Source: an uncultured bacterium
Lineage (GTDB): Bacteria; Acidobacteriota; Thermoanaerobaculia; Multivoradales; JAHZIX01
NCBI GenBank assembly: GCA_965368975.1
Contig: CBDUPA010000003.1
Coordinates: forward strand, 385,387-449,386
Reading direction: 5' to 3'
Length of the DNA stretch: 64,000 nt
Shown here: positions 1 to 9,581 of the stretch, in pieces
Numbering within the stretch: the stretch's first letter is position 1
How the letters are laid out: each line of letters opens with the position of its first letter
Program-made: the position numbers and the translations under genes
Notes under the pieces: generated by a model
Told to the model about the DNA's origin: nothing
Seen by the model: only the letters and a program-made list of their open reading frames with translations
Database searches by the model: none

Positions 1-1160
1 CCGTCCTACTGCCGCTGGGAGCTTTGTGGACAGGACTGGCCCTTGTTGTACCGAGGGAGTTGGCACGGACTCTCTTGACGCTGCTCGATCTAGCTGCGCT
101 ACCGCTGGAGCTTCTCGCGACTGTTCCCCCGGATGGCTGGACGACCTTGCCGCTGGCCGTTTCGTCCTTGGAGGCCTTGTTTCTGAGCCTGCTGCTACTG
201 CTCCTGTTGCTCGGGACCCGACCGTGGGGGAGCGCGGTGCTGCTGGCGGGAATGGTCCTGGTGACGTGGAGTCGACCGGAACCCAAGGTGCCGGTCCCCT
301 GGAATTCCAACGCTGCGTCACCCACCCTGAGCGTGCTCGATGTCGGGCAGGGCGATGCCTTGTTGCTGCGCGATGGCCGCAGAGCGCTACTGATCGACGG
401 CGGCGGCTGGCGACGCGGTGACTTGGCTGGCCGAGTGCTGGTACCGGCCTTGGCGCGGCTCGGCGTCCGGCGTCTCGACGCGGTACTGATCACCCACCCA
501 GACCAAGACCATTGCGCCGGCGCCGCGCAGCTGGCCGACTATCTGCCGGTGGAGCAGGTGTGGCTGGCGTCCGGGGTCAGCCGCGCTGTGTGTATCCAAG
601 ATTTGGTGCAGCGTCGCGGAGTACCGGTGCGCTTGGTGCGCGCTGGAGAGTCGAGGTCACTCGGCTTCTGGCGGCTCTTGTTCCAGCATCCGGCAGAGGA
701 CGGACTCGCAGGCAGGGACGCAGCAGGGACCACCAACGATCGCTCGATCGTGGTCCGAGCCGAGGCCTTCTCACGCTGTCTCCTGCTGACGGGGGATCTG
801 GAGGCGGCGGGGGAGCGAGAGCTACGAGAGCGCTGGCGGCGAGCGGGGGAGGCGACGACGTGCGACGTTCTCAAGGTGCCGCACCACGGTAGCCGGACAT
901 CGACCACGCCCGGCCTACTGCACGACCTTCGGCCGCGCTGGGCCTTGCTCAGCGTCGGTGCCGGCAATCGCTACGGGCATCCTCATGCGAGCGTCGTGCG
1001 ACGGTTGCACGGCTACGGTGTACGCCTCCTGAGGACGGATCTTCACGGCGCCATCACACTGCGCGTCGGGCCGCGGGGGACGTTGGGCGTGCATACGGAG
1101 CATAGCCCGGGGCTCGGCGGTCGAGCAGCCTCGGAAGCGAGTAGAATGACGGGCCCATGA
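1..1160 (+). CDS. comEC: ComEC/Rec2 DNA-internalisation competence protein (5' partial)
   Basis: Frame is open from the window start. TM segments precede an MBL fold: LDVGQGDA, THPDQDH, LLTGD, LKVPHHGS, SVGAGNRYGHP, RTDLHGAI. Confidence 0.9.
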   Translation, partial: VLLPLGALWTGLALVVPRELARTLLTLLDLAALPLELLATVPPDGWTTLPLAVSSLEALFLSLLLLLLLLGTRPWGSAVLLAGMVLVTWSRPEPKVPVPWNSNAASPTLSVLDVGQGDALLLRDGRRALLIDGGGWRRGDLAGRVLVPALARLGVRRLDAVLITHPDQDHCAGAAQLADYLPVEQVWLASGVSRAVCIQDLVQRRGVPVRLVRAGESRSLGFWRLLFQHPAEDGLAGRDAAGTTNDRSIVVRAEAFSRCLLLTGDLEAAGERELRERWRRAGEATTCDVLKVPHHGSRTSTTPGLLHDLRPRWALLSVGAGNRYGHPHASVVRRLHGYGVRLLRTDLHGAITLRVGPRGTLGVHTEHSPGLGGRAASEASRMTGP

Positions 1161-2161
1161 ACACCGAGTCCTCCTACCAGCCCATCGAAGCGAGTCGCGA
1201 CGCTGCTGAAGGGTCTTCCGCACCGCAGCTGCAGCAGCCGGTGATCGTCGTGCTGGGGCAGACGGCCGTCGGAAAGACGGAGTTCAGCCTGGGTTTGGCC
1301 GAGGCCGTGGGGGGCGAGATTCTGAATGCCGATGCACTGCAGGTCTACCGAGGTCTCGAGATCGGTACCGCCAAGCCGACACCCGAACAGCGTCAACGCG
1401 TACCGCATCACTTGATCGACATCCTCGACCCCACCGAACGCTACTCGGCCGGAGACTTCGCGCGCCGTGCTCGGCAGGTGATCCGCGACCTGGAAGCTCG
1501 CGGCCGGCGTGCTGTCGTGGTTGGGGGAAGTGGTCTCTACCTGCGTGCCTTGCTGGAAGGCATCAGCCCGATTCCGCCGGGTGATCCGAAAGTGCGCCAA
1601 CAGCTGCGCGACCAGCTCGATGAGGTCGGCGTGGCTCAGCTGTACGCGCGGTTGCGACAGACCGATCCTCTGACCGCTGAGCGCCTCGGAGCCACCGACA
1701 CGCAGCGCATCCTGCGGGCACTAGAGGTGTTTCACGTCAGCGGTCGGCCGCTGTCGAGTTGGATCGCCGAGCGCCCCTTTGGAGAGAAGCGTCTGCCAGC
1801 CATCAGGTTCGGATTGACGCTTCCTCGCGACCTCTTGTACCATCGCATCGAAGCGCGGGTTGAAACCATGGTCCACGCGGGCTGGGTTGACGAAGTTCGA
1901 CGGTTGTTGGCTTCGGGCCTTTCCCCGGACGCGCCCGCCTTCCAGGCCATAGGGTACCGCCAGCTGGTCCGCCACCTCCGTGGCGAATGGCCCCTGGATC
2001 AGGCCTTGACTCACATCGTGCGGGAGACGCGCCGCTTTGCCAAGCGGCAGGAGACCTGGTTCCGAAGGGAGCCAGATGTCGCGTGGCTCCCGGCTCAAGA
2101 TGCGGCTCATCGGCTTCCGGACCTTGTTTGTCGAATTCGTGAAGCCGATAGTCTGGTCTGA
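1157..2161 (+). CDS. miaA: tRNA (adenosine(37)-N6)-dimethylallyltransferase
   Basis: GQTAVGKT P-loop, ADALQVYRGLEIGTAKP, PHHLIDI, VVGGSGLY, QAIGY, TRRFAKRQETWFR; lies upstream of hfq. Confidence 0.97.
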   Translation: MNTESSYQPIEASRDAAEGSSAPQLQQPVIVVLGQTAVGKTEFSLGLAEAVGGEILNADALQVYRGLEIGTAKPTPEQRQRVPHHLIDILDPTERYSAGDFARRARQVIRDLEARGRRAVVVGGSGLYLRALLEGISPIPPGDPKVRQQLRDQLDEVGVAQLYARLRQTDPLTAERLGATDTQRILRALEVFHVSGRPLSSWIAERPFGEKRLPAIRFGLTLPRDLLYHRIEARVETMVHAGWVDEVRRLLASGLSPDAPAFQAIGYRQLVRHLRGEWPLDQALTHIVRETRRFAKRQETWFRREPDVAWLPAQDAAHRLPDLVCRIREADSLV

Positions 2162-2267
2162 TTTTCATACGCGTCGAATCGAAGATTGAGGTTGCGCCAA
2201 CGGGTGTCCTGCAATCCACTTCCCATCTTGTCCAGAACCGAGCCCATTAGTGGTTTCGGGAGGAGCC

Positions 2268-2471
2268 ATGCCGAAGCACAGCATCAATATCCAGGACGGT
2301 TTTCTGTTCCAGAACCTCAAAGAAGCTCAGACTCTGAAGGTGACCTTGGTCACGGGGACGGAAATGTTGGGGCGCCTCAAGCGCTTCGACCGGTTCGCCG
2401 TGGTCGTCGAGGTAGACAATAAGGAATCTCTGGTCTACAAGCATGCCATCGCCACGATCAGTTTGGCGTAG
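2268..2471 (+). CDS. hfq: RNA chaperone Hfq
   Basis: NIQDGFL, FDRFAVVV and LVYKHAIATI (Sm2 motif); AGGAG RBS before ATG 2268; miaA-hfq synteny. Confidence 0.92.
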   Translation: MPKHSINIQDGFLFQNLKEAQTLKVTLVTGTEMLGRLKRFDRFAVVVEVDNKESLVYKHAIATISLA

Positions 2472-3990
2472 GCTGCGGCAGACTGGTTGTCCGTACGAAG
2501 ACGGTTGTGCTGGGCAATCCGGTCGCTCCTGCGGTCGTAAACTCTCGAAGGGGCATCCGGCGCTGTCGCCCGGTGCCCCTTGTTTACCAGGGCTCACAGG
2601 ATCAGCGCTGGCGCTGACTGGCTGCTTGCTCCTGGCTGCTTGCGGTGGCGGCGGCGAAGCCCCGGTGACGGCACCGAGAGCCGCGCAAGCGATCGTTACG
2701 GCTCCGAGTGAGGCGGAGCTCGCCTTTGTGCTCGATCCGCTGGCGAGCTATCCGCTGATGCTCGATCCGCAGCGCACCGGACGCAGCCAGCAGATCTTTG
2801 CGGCACTGGTGCGCGGAGGTGCTACCGCCAGTGTCGCCGAGGTGGGCCTGGACGTGCGGCGAGCCGCCGAATTGCTGCGTGCGGAAGAACCGAGTTTGCC
2901 CGTGGCGGCGGTGTTGGTGGCACAAGCGGCATTCCTCGACGGCGACTGCCACGTGGTCTCGAGCGAGGTCGATGCCGTGGTCGAGGTCTTGCCGGACTAT
3001 GCCGCAGCTCGCTTGCTGCGCGCCCGTTGCCGTCAGGTCGGCGACGATCCGGTCGGGGCCTTCGAGGATTACCGCTACCTGCTGGGAAGCGAGGTAGCGG
3101 TTGCGGCAACGGGGGATGCCATCGCGCAGGCACTCAGTGACCTGCAACCCAGGGCCCTGGAGATCGTCTCCAACCGCTTCTTCGACGCCCTGCGGCGAGG
3201 CCATTCGGAGCTTGCCGCGCTAGAACTAGAGCGCTTGGAGGCTTGGGCCCCCGAAGACGATCTAACGCTCGAGGCGCGCTGGCGCTTGGCCGCGGCGAGC
3301 GGGGATGCGAGCGCGGAACTGGCTGCGGTCGACCGCTTGCAGCGGCGCTATCCGGACAATGTGCAGCTGCTCGAAAGGCGTGCCGAACTTGAACTACAGG
3401 TAGGGGATCCGACCACGGCGGTGCGGTTGATGACCGAATTGAGCGAGTCCTTCCCGGACGATCCGGTGATCGCGGACAAGCTCGACGCTGCCAAGTTTCG
3501 CTGGCGGCTGGCAATGTCTCCGGTGGAGATTCGGCGCCTGGCAGAGTTGCCGGTGCTGAGCCGGGCCGACTTCGCCCTCTTGCTGCACGCTCTCCTGCCG
3601 GGCGTTCGGTCGGGCCAGGCGGTGCGGGCTCGCATCGCCGGGGACATTCTGCAGCATCCACACCGAGAGGAGATCGCACGCGTGATCAACCTCGGACTGA
3701 TGGACGTGGACGCAGAAGTCCACCGCTTCGAACCGGATCGGCCTGTCACCCGCGTGCAGGTATTGCAGAGCCTGCTGCGTGGCTTGGAGTCACAGCAGAG
3801 CGAGAGCCCGGCGTGCGTCGGCGATTTGCAGCTAAACAGCGCACCGTCGATCAGGCGGGTCTGTGAGGCCGCGGTTGCTTGTCGGCTGCTCGCCTCGGAG
3901 GCCGACTGTCTGCCCCGAGCGGAAGCCACCGGTCGCGAAACGGTCGACCTGCTGCGCTTGAGCATTCGCGCCCTCGGCGCAGCGAATTGA
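2443..3990 (+). CDS. Putative lipoprotein with TPR-like repeats and C-terminal SLH-like domain (start uncertain)
   Basis: Lipobox LLAAC-GGGG, helical TPR-like repeats, and SLH-like GDILQHPHREEIARVINLGLM...FEPDRPVTR. Confidence 0.6.
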   Translation: MPSPRSVWRRLRQTGCPYEDGCAGQSGRSCGRKLSKGHPALSPGAPCLPGLTGSALALTGCLLLAACGGGGEAPVTAPRAAQAIVTAPSEAELAFVLDPLASYPLMLDPQRTGRSQQIFAALVRGGATASVAEVGLDVRRAAELLRAEEPSLPVAAVLVAQAAFLDGDCHVVSSEVDAVVEVLPDYAAARLLRARCRQVGDDPVGAFEDYRYLLGSEVAVAATGDAIAQALSDLQPRALEIVSNRFFDALRRGHSELAALELERLEAWAPEDDLTLEARWRLAAASGDASAELAAVDRLQRRYPDNVQLLERRAELELQVGDPTTAVRLMTELSESFPDDPVIADKLDAAKFRWRLAMSPVEIRRLAELPVLSRADFALLLHALLPGVRSGQAVRARIAGDILQHPHREEIARVINLGLMDVDAEVHRFEPDRPVTRVQVLQSLLRGLESQQSESPACVGDLQLNSAPSIRRVCEAAVACRLLASEADCLPRAEATGRETVDLLRLSIRALGAAN

Positions 3991-4286
3991 CCGAGCCGGT
4001 GGAAGGGAGGCCGTCGGCGGCCTTCTCAGATTGGCTCCCTGCTGCAGTGGTGGTAGGCTGAATAGCGTGGTTTGTTTCCCTTGTTGAGGTACTTTCGCTA
4101 GTCTGGCGATCTCGGGGTCCCCTCTCGTACATCAAGAGTCAGCAGCACCAACTTGGCTCTGCAGGTTCATCCACGATAGTTCCCCTCGGCGAGCCTTGGG
4201 CGGTTGACGCCTGCACGGCCAGCTGCCTCGAGTTCGCCAGGGGAGGCTCAGCCTGGGACCGACAGGCAGGGATTTAGGGACCGGAG

Positions 4287-5273
4287 ATGGAGAAGGGAAT
4301 CCTCGCTGCGATCGGGCAGACGCCGCTCATCGAGTTAGAGCGCCTGATCCCTGGTGCGCGCTTTCGGACCTTTGCCAAGCTGGAGTCCCTGAATCCTGGC
4401 GGAAGCTCGAAGGATCGGCCCGCGCGGTCGATGATCCAGCAGGCGCTGGCGCAGGGCTTGATCGACTCTGACACAGTTGTCATCGAATCGAGTTCCGGCA
4501 ACATGGGTATCGGACTGGCGCAGGCCTGCCGCTACCATGATCTGCGCTTCATCTGCGTCGTCGACACAAAGACGACGCGCCAGAATCTGGAGATCATGCG
4601 TCTGTACGGTGCGGAATTGGATCTCGTCGAGCAACCGGATCCCGAGACGGGGGAATTGCTGCAAGCGCGCCTCCGGCGCGTCGAGGAATTGCGGCAGAAG
4701 TACCCGAAGCACTTCTGGCCAAATCAGTATGCCAACCTGCAGAATGCGGCGGCGCATTTCGAAACCACCATGCGTGAGATTCAGGAGGCGCTGGCGGAGG
4801 AAGGTGGTGCCGACTACGTGTTTGTCGCCACGAGTACCTGCGGTACCGTGCGTGGCTGTCTCGACTTTGTGCACCGGCACGGTCTTTCGACCCAAGTGGT
4901 GGCTGTCGACGCACAGGGCAGCTTGATCTTTCAGGACCGTCCTGAACCGCGCCACGTACCCGGATTAGGTGCCGGATTGTGCCCACCTTTGTGTCCTCGT
5001 GACGAATTGCACCACATTGTTCATGTCAGCGACACGGATTGCGTGGTAGGTTGCCAGCGACTGCTGCGGCGAGAAGCGATTCTGGCAGGAGGCTCCGCGG
5101 GTGGAGTCGTTACCGCACTGGAGCGCTTCTCGGACCGGATCGAGGACGGCGCCAGATGCGTTCTGATCCTGCCGGACCGTGGCGAGCGATATCTGGATAC
5201 CATCTACTCGGACGCCTGGGTGCACGAGCACTGCGGCGATATCGAGCATCTGCTAGGGGAAGATAGAGGATGA
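4287..5273 (+). CDS. sbnA: 2,3-diaminopropionate biosynthesis protein SbnA (PLP, cysteine-synthase fold)
   Basis: KLESLNPGGSSKDR (PLP Lys), ESSSGNMG, NQYAN, STCGT, PDRGERYLDTIY; overlaps an sbnB homolog. Confidence 0.9.
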   Translation: MEKGILAAIGQTPLIELERLIPGARFRTFAKLESLNPGGSSKDRPARSMIQQALAQGLIDSDTVVIESSSGNMGIGLAQACRYHDLRFICVVDTKTTRQNLEIMRLYGAELDLVEQPDPETGELLQARLRRVEELRQKYPKHFWPNQYANLQNAAAHFETTMREIQEALAEEGGADYVFVATSTCGTVRGCLDFVHRHGLSTQVVAVDAQGSLIFQDRPEPRHVPGLGAGLCPPLCPRDELHHIVHVSDTDCVVGCQRLLRREAILAGGSAGGVVTALERFSDRIEDGARCVLILPDRGERYLDTIYSDAWVHEHCGDIEHLLGEDRG

Positions 5274-6346
5274 GAGAAGACGTGGAGGACCGCCTGCGCA
5301 TCGTGCGTGGCAGTGAGGTCCTCGAGTTGCTGAGCGGTCGCGAGAGCGCCGTGCTGGACGTGGTCGCGCGCGCCTACGTGGCCCATGACGAGGGCGCCAG
5401 CTCCCTGCCGCACTCGACTTTCCTGCGTTTCCCGGACGAAGCGCGCGATCGCATCATCGCCTTGCCGGCGTATCTGGGGGGGGATGGCTTTGATCTGGCG
5501 GGCGTCAAGTGGATCGCCTCGATCCCTGCCAATATCGAGCGCGGCTTGGAGCGAGCCTCGGCAGCCATCCTGGTCAACGACCGCAAGACCGGCCGGCCGC
5601 GAGCCCTGGTCGAAGGCTCGGTGATCAGCGCACGGCGGACCGCCGCCAGTGCCGCGTTGGCGGCGCGCGAGTTGTTGACGGGAGCCGACGGCCAGCGCCC
5701 TGGCAAGGCGCCCGAGACCGTGGCCTTGATCGGCTGCGGTCCGATCCAGTTCGAGATCTGCCGCTTTCTGCTGACCGTCTGGCCGCAGCTGAAGGCCTTC
5801 ACCGCCTTCGACCTGCGTGCCGAGCGCGCCGCCGCCCTTGGCGAGCTGCTGCGGACTCTGCAACCCGCGTTGCAGTTCGAGGCCCTGGCCTCGGCCGAAG
5901 CCACCCTGGCGTCAGCGCCGCTGGTCAGTTTCGCGACGACGGCGGTGGAGCCGCACGTCGGCAGCCTCAACGCCTGTGTTGACGGGGCGGTGATCCTGCA
6001 CATTTCGCTGCGGGATCTGGAGCCGGACGTGATCCTGGACGCCGACAACGTGGTCGACGACGCGGACCACGTGTGCCGGGCGGGTACTTCGATTCACTTG
6101 GCGGCCGAACAAGTCGGCCACCGTGATTTCATCCGGGCGCCCATCGGGGCCGTGCTGCGGGGCAGTGCGCCGCCCAGAGATCCCGGACATCGCTTGACCA
6201 TCTACAGTCCCTTCGGCTTGGGAGTGCTGGATCTGGCCGTCGCGCACCTGGTGCTGCAATCGGCTCGGGAACAGGGCGTCGGGACGGTTATCGAGAACTT
6301 TCTCCCCCTGCCGTGGAATGAGCGCGGCGACGGAGGTTCAGAATGA
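5270..6346 (+). CDS. sbnB: 2,3-diaminopropionate biosynthesis protein SbnB (ornithine cyclodeaminase family)
   Basis: PHSTFLRFP..RDRIIALPAYLGG, GVKWIASIPAN, ERASA, ISARRTAASA, LHISLRD, SPFGLGVLD. Confidence 0.9.
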   Translation: MREDVEDRLRIVRGSEVLELLSGRESAVLDVVARAYVAHDEGASSLPHSTFLRFPDEARDRIIALPAYLGGDGFDLAGVKWIASIPANIERGLERASAAILVNDRKTGRPRALVEGSVISARRTAASAALAARELLTGADGQRPGKAPETVALIGCGPIQFEICRFLLTVWPQLKAFTAFDLRAERAAALGELLRTLQPALQFEALASAEATLASAPLVSFATTAVEPHVGSLNACVDGAVILHISLRDLEPDVILDADNVVDDADHVCRAGTSIHLAAEQVGHRDFIRAPIGAVLRGSAPPRDPGHRLTIYSPFGLGVLDLAVAHLVLQSAREQGVGTVIENFLPLPWNERGDGGSE

Positions 6347-8055
6347 AGCTGATCGCCTTTTTGCTCAAGAGATCACCGCGCTGGATGATCGGAGCCATTT
6401 TTGCCGGAGCCATTTCTGGCTTGTGCGCAGCCGGACTCCTGGCCATCATCAACTCCGCCATCACGCGCATGGAGTTGCAGCAAGATCCACGGGTCTTGGT
6501 TCCCATGTTCCTGGGGCTGTGCCTGCTGTCGCCGGTGTCCAGCATCATCGCTCAGTACCTCCTGCTGTTGCTTGGTCAGAACACGGTGGTGCAGTTCCGC
6601 GTGCGAATGACGCGCAGCATCCTGGCGACGCCGCTCGCGCGCCTGGAGAAGGTGGGGGGCCATCGCTTGCTGGCGACGCTCACCGATGACGTGGGGCAAT
6701 TGGGCGGCAGCTTGGTACTGATCCCGGGGATCGCCATCAACGCTTTCATGGTCGTGGGCTGCCTGGTGTACCTGGGTTGGTTGTCTCTGCCCTTGTTCGG
6801 CGCCCTGCTGGTGACGATCATCATCGGCGTGGTGACCTACCAGCTACCCATCCTGGCCGGTATGCGACGTTTCCGCGCCTCGCGTGAGGAGCGCGACACA
6901 CTCTTCGACCACTTCAAGGCACTCGCCGACGGTCTGCAAGAGCTGAAGCTGCACCGCCAGCGTTCGCGTGAGTTCGTGTCGCTCGTCGACCGCTCCGCCA
7001 ACATCCTGCGGACGCTGCAGATCGGCGCCATGATGATCTTCAACCTGGCAGCGGTATGGGGCAACATGCTGTTCTTCGTGGTGATCGGTGTGCTGATCTT
7101 CTTCGTGCCGCTGTGGCAAGACGTCGAGCCGAGCACGGTGCGCAGCTATGCACTCGTCGTCATGTACATGGTGACGCCGCTACAGTCGATGATGCAGATC
7201 TTCCCCAACCTCGGCCAGGCCAGCGTCGCGCTCGACAAGGTGGAGAAGCTGGGCCTGTCGCTCGACGATCCACTGGTCGAGCGGGGCGACGGTGACCTGG
7301 CGGTCGATCCCGGTTGGCGCGAGTTGAGCTTCAACGGTGTCACCTACGAGTACGTTGGCGAGGATGAAGACGAGAACTTCGCAGTGGGTCCGTTCGACCT
7401 GCAGATGCACGCCGGCGAGCTGGTGTTCCTGGTCGGCGGCAACGGCAGCGGCAAGACCACCTTCGCGAAGCTGCTCACCGGTCTCTATACGCCGAAGGAA
7501 GGCGAGATCCAGTTGGACGGAGAGCCGGTGACCGACGAAGTTCGCGACGACTATCGACAGTTCTTCTCGACCGTCTTCGCCAGACCGTTCCTGTTCGAAG
7601 AACTGCTCGGCTTCGACCGCGATGACAGCTTCGACGAAAAGGTACGCGGCTATCTCGAGCAATTGCACCTGAGCGGCAAGCTGACCGTGCAGGACGGAAA
7701 GCTGTCGACGACCGCACTTTCGGATGGCCAGCGCAAGCGCTTGGCCTTGATGGTGTCCTACCTGGAAGATCGCCCGATCTACGTCTTCGACGAGTGGGCT
7801 GCGGATCAGGACCCGGAATTCCGCGAGGTCTTCTACCGCAGCATCCTTGCCGAGCTCAAGGCCCGAGGCAAGACGGTGATCGTGATCAGTCACGACGACC
7901 GTTACTACCCGCTGGCCGATCGCATCGTCAAGCTGGACTACGGTCGAGTCCGCTATGACGGACCCTACGACGGCTCGCCGTACGCCACCGGCATGGCGGA
8001 TCGCCAGGAGAACACGAGCGGCGCTGCGGTACCCGCGGCTCCCGCGGAGATTTGA
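6343..8055 (+). CDS. Cyclic peptide export ABC transporter (SyrD/PvdE family)
   Basis: TM domain plus NBD: GGNGSGKTT, LSDGQRKRLAL, and the family-typical FDEWAADQDPEFR and VISHDDRY. Confidence 0.9.
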   Translation: MKLIAFLLKRSPRWMIGAIFAGAISGLCAAGLLAIINSAITRMELQQDPRVLVPMFLGLCLLSPVSSIIAQYLLLLLGQNTVVQFRVRMTRSILATPLARLEKVGGHRLLATLTDDVGQLGGSLVLIPGIAINAFMVVGCLVYLGWLSLPLFGALLVTIIIGVVTYQLPILAGMRRFRASREERDTLFDHFKALADGLQELKLHRQRSREFVSLVDRSANILRTLQIGAMMIFNLAAVWGNMLFFVVIGVLIFFVPLWQDVEPSTVRSYALVVMYMVTPLQSMMQIFPNLGQASVALDKVEKLGLSLDDPLVERGDGDLAVDPGWRELSFNGVTYEYVGEDEDENFAVGPFDLQMHAGELVFLVGGNGSGKTTFAKLLTGLYTPKEGEIQLDGEPVTDEVRDDYRQFFSTVFARPFLFEELLGFDRDDSFDEKVRGYLEQLHLSGKLTVQDGKLSTTALSDGQRKRLALMVSYLEDRPIYVFDEWAADQDPEFREVFYRSILAELKARGKTVIVISHDDRYYPLADRIVKLDYGRVRYDGPYDGSPYATGMADRQENTSGAAVPAAPAEI

Positions 8056-8074
8056 GGGTTCGGAAGGCAGCCTG

Positions 8075-9550
8075 ATGAGTGAGGCAAGGCAGCGCGTCGA
8101 GCGACTGTTGGATCCCGGCTCGTTCGTCGAGCTAGATGCCCTGGTGCGGCGTCGGTGGGTGGCTGCCGGCAGTGACAGCCGGGCATCTGCTGCAGGGCGT
8201 CCAGTCGGCGACGGGTTGGTGAGTGGCTACGGCACTGTCGGCGGCAAGCTTGTCTACCTCTACGCCCAGGAGCCGCGGGCCGCAGGCTGGTCGGAGGCGA
8301 GCACCCGCAAGGTGTGCAAAGTCATGGACTTGGCGCTCGACCAGGGGGCACCTGTCGTAGCCTTGTTCGATGGTCACCGCGACGCGGCGCTGCACTCGGG
8401 AGTGCCCTTCGATCTAGAACACGCCGGTCTCGGTCTCGAGGGCATGGCCGGCTGCGGTGAGATCTGGCAGCGGCAGGTCCGCATGTCGGGAGTCGTACCG
8501 CAGCTGGCCGCAGTGCTCGGCGGCTGTAGTGCGGAACCGAGCCTGCACACTGCGCTGGCCGATTTCGTGGTGACCGTAGCTGGCGTCGAGCCGCCGGTCT
8601 TGACCCCGCCGATAGCGTCTCCGGACCGGCAAGTGCAGGTAGGTAGCCCGGATTGGCAGCCCGAGAGTCTCTGGCATCTGGCATGCGACAATGAACCGGC
8701 ATGCCTGTTTGCGCTCCGGCAGTTGCTCGGCTACCTGCCCAGCAACCACCTCGACCCGGCGGCTCCCGGACCCGAAGGCGACGACGAGGAGCGCCGGGAC
8801 GCAGCGCTCGACGACCTGGTTCCAGCGAGCCCGAACAAGCCGTACGATGTCTTGCACGCGATCCGGGCGGTGGTCGATGATGGCCGCTTTCTGCAACTGC
8901 AGCCGCACCACGCCCGCAACGTCGTCGTCGGCTTCGCACATCTGGGACGTACGAGTGTCGGTATTGTCGCCAATCAACCCGCCTACCTGGCCGGCGTGCT
9001 GGATCTGGAAGCTTCTCTGAAAGCGGCGCGCTTCGTCCGCACGTGCGATGCCTTTGGCGTACCGCTACTCAGTTTTGTCGATGTTCCTGGCTTCATGCCC
9101 GGTGTGCAACAAGAGCTGGGAGGCATCATCAAGCATGGTGCCAAGTTGCTCTATGCCTATGCCGAAGCGACCGTACCCAAGCTGACGGTGATCCTGCGCA
9201 AGTCCTATGGCGGAGCCTATGCAGTGATGGGCAGCAAGCACCTGCGCACCGACGTCAATCTGGCCTGGCCGACTGCCGAAGTCGCGGTCATGGGACCGGA
9301 GGGAGCGGTAGGTATTCTGCATCGCGGTGAGTTAGCGAAGGCTGGTGAGCAAGCCGAAGCCCTGCGCGCTCAAGAGATCGAGAACTACCGCCACCGCTTC
9401 TCGAATCCTTACTCTGCAACCGATCGCGGCTATATTGATGCTGTCATCCGGCCGCGTGAAACACGCCCGCACTTGATCGGCGCTTTGCGCCAACTGCGTC
9501 ACAAGCGACCACCGGCGGTGCGACGCAAGCACGGCAATCTGCCACTGTGA
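8075..9550 (+). CDS. Acyl-CoA carboxylase carboxyltransferase (PccB/AccD-like) with degenerate N-terminal half
   Basis: C-half is canonical (VANQP, KAARFVRTCDAF, DVPGFMPG, RKSYGGAY, AWPTAEVAVMG, KHGNLPL). N-half motifs are altered. Confidence 0.8.
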   Translation: MSEARQRVERLLDPGSFVELDALVRRRWVAAGSDSRASAAGRPVGDGLVSGYGTVGGKLVYLYAQEPRAAGWSEASTRKVCKVMDLALDQGAPVVALFDGHRDAALHSGVPFDLEHAGLGLEGMAGCGEIWQRQVRMSGVVPQLAAVLGGCSAEPSLHTALADFVVTVAGVEPPVLTPPIASPDRQVQVGSPDWQPESLWHLACDNEPACLFALRQLLGYLPSNHLDPAAPGPEGDDEERRDAALDDLVPASPNKPYDVLHAIRAVVDDGRFLQLQPHHARNVVVGFAHLGRTSVGIVANQPAYLAGVLDLEASLKAARFVRTCDAFGVPLLSFVDVPGFMPGVQQELGGIIKHGAKLLYAYAEATVPKLTVILRKSYGGAYAVMGSKHLRTDVNLAWPTAEVAVMGPEGAVGILHRGELAKAGEQAEALRAQEIENYRHRFSNPYSATDRGYIDAVIRPRETRPHLIGALRQLRHKRPPAVRRKHGNLPL

Positions 9551-9581
9551 TCGCACTGCATTCCACGTTGGGAGACGTACC

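Noticed and set aside
4287-6346. Staphyloferrin B siderophore cluster
   Set aside because: No NIS synthetases (SbnC/E/F), decarboxylase or TonB receptor in the window; SbnAB only indicate Dap supply.
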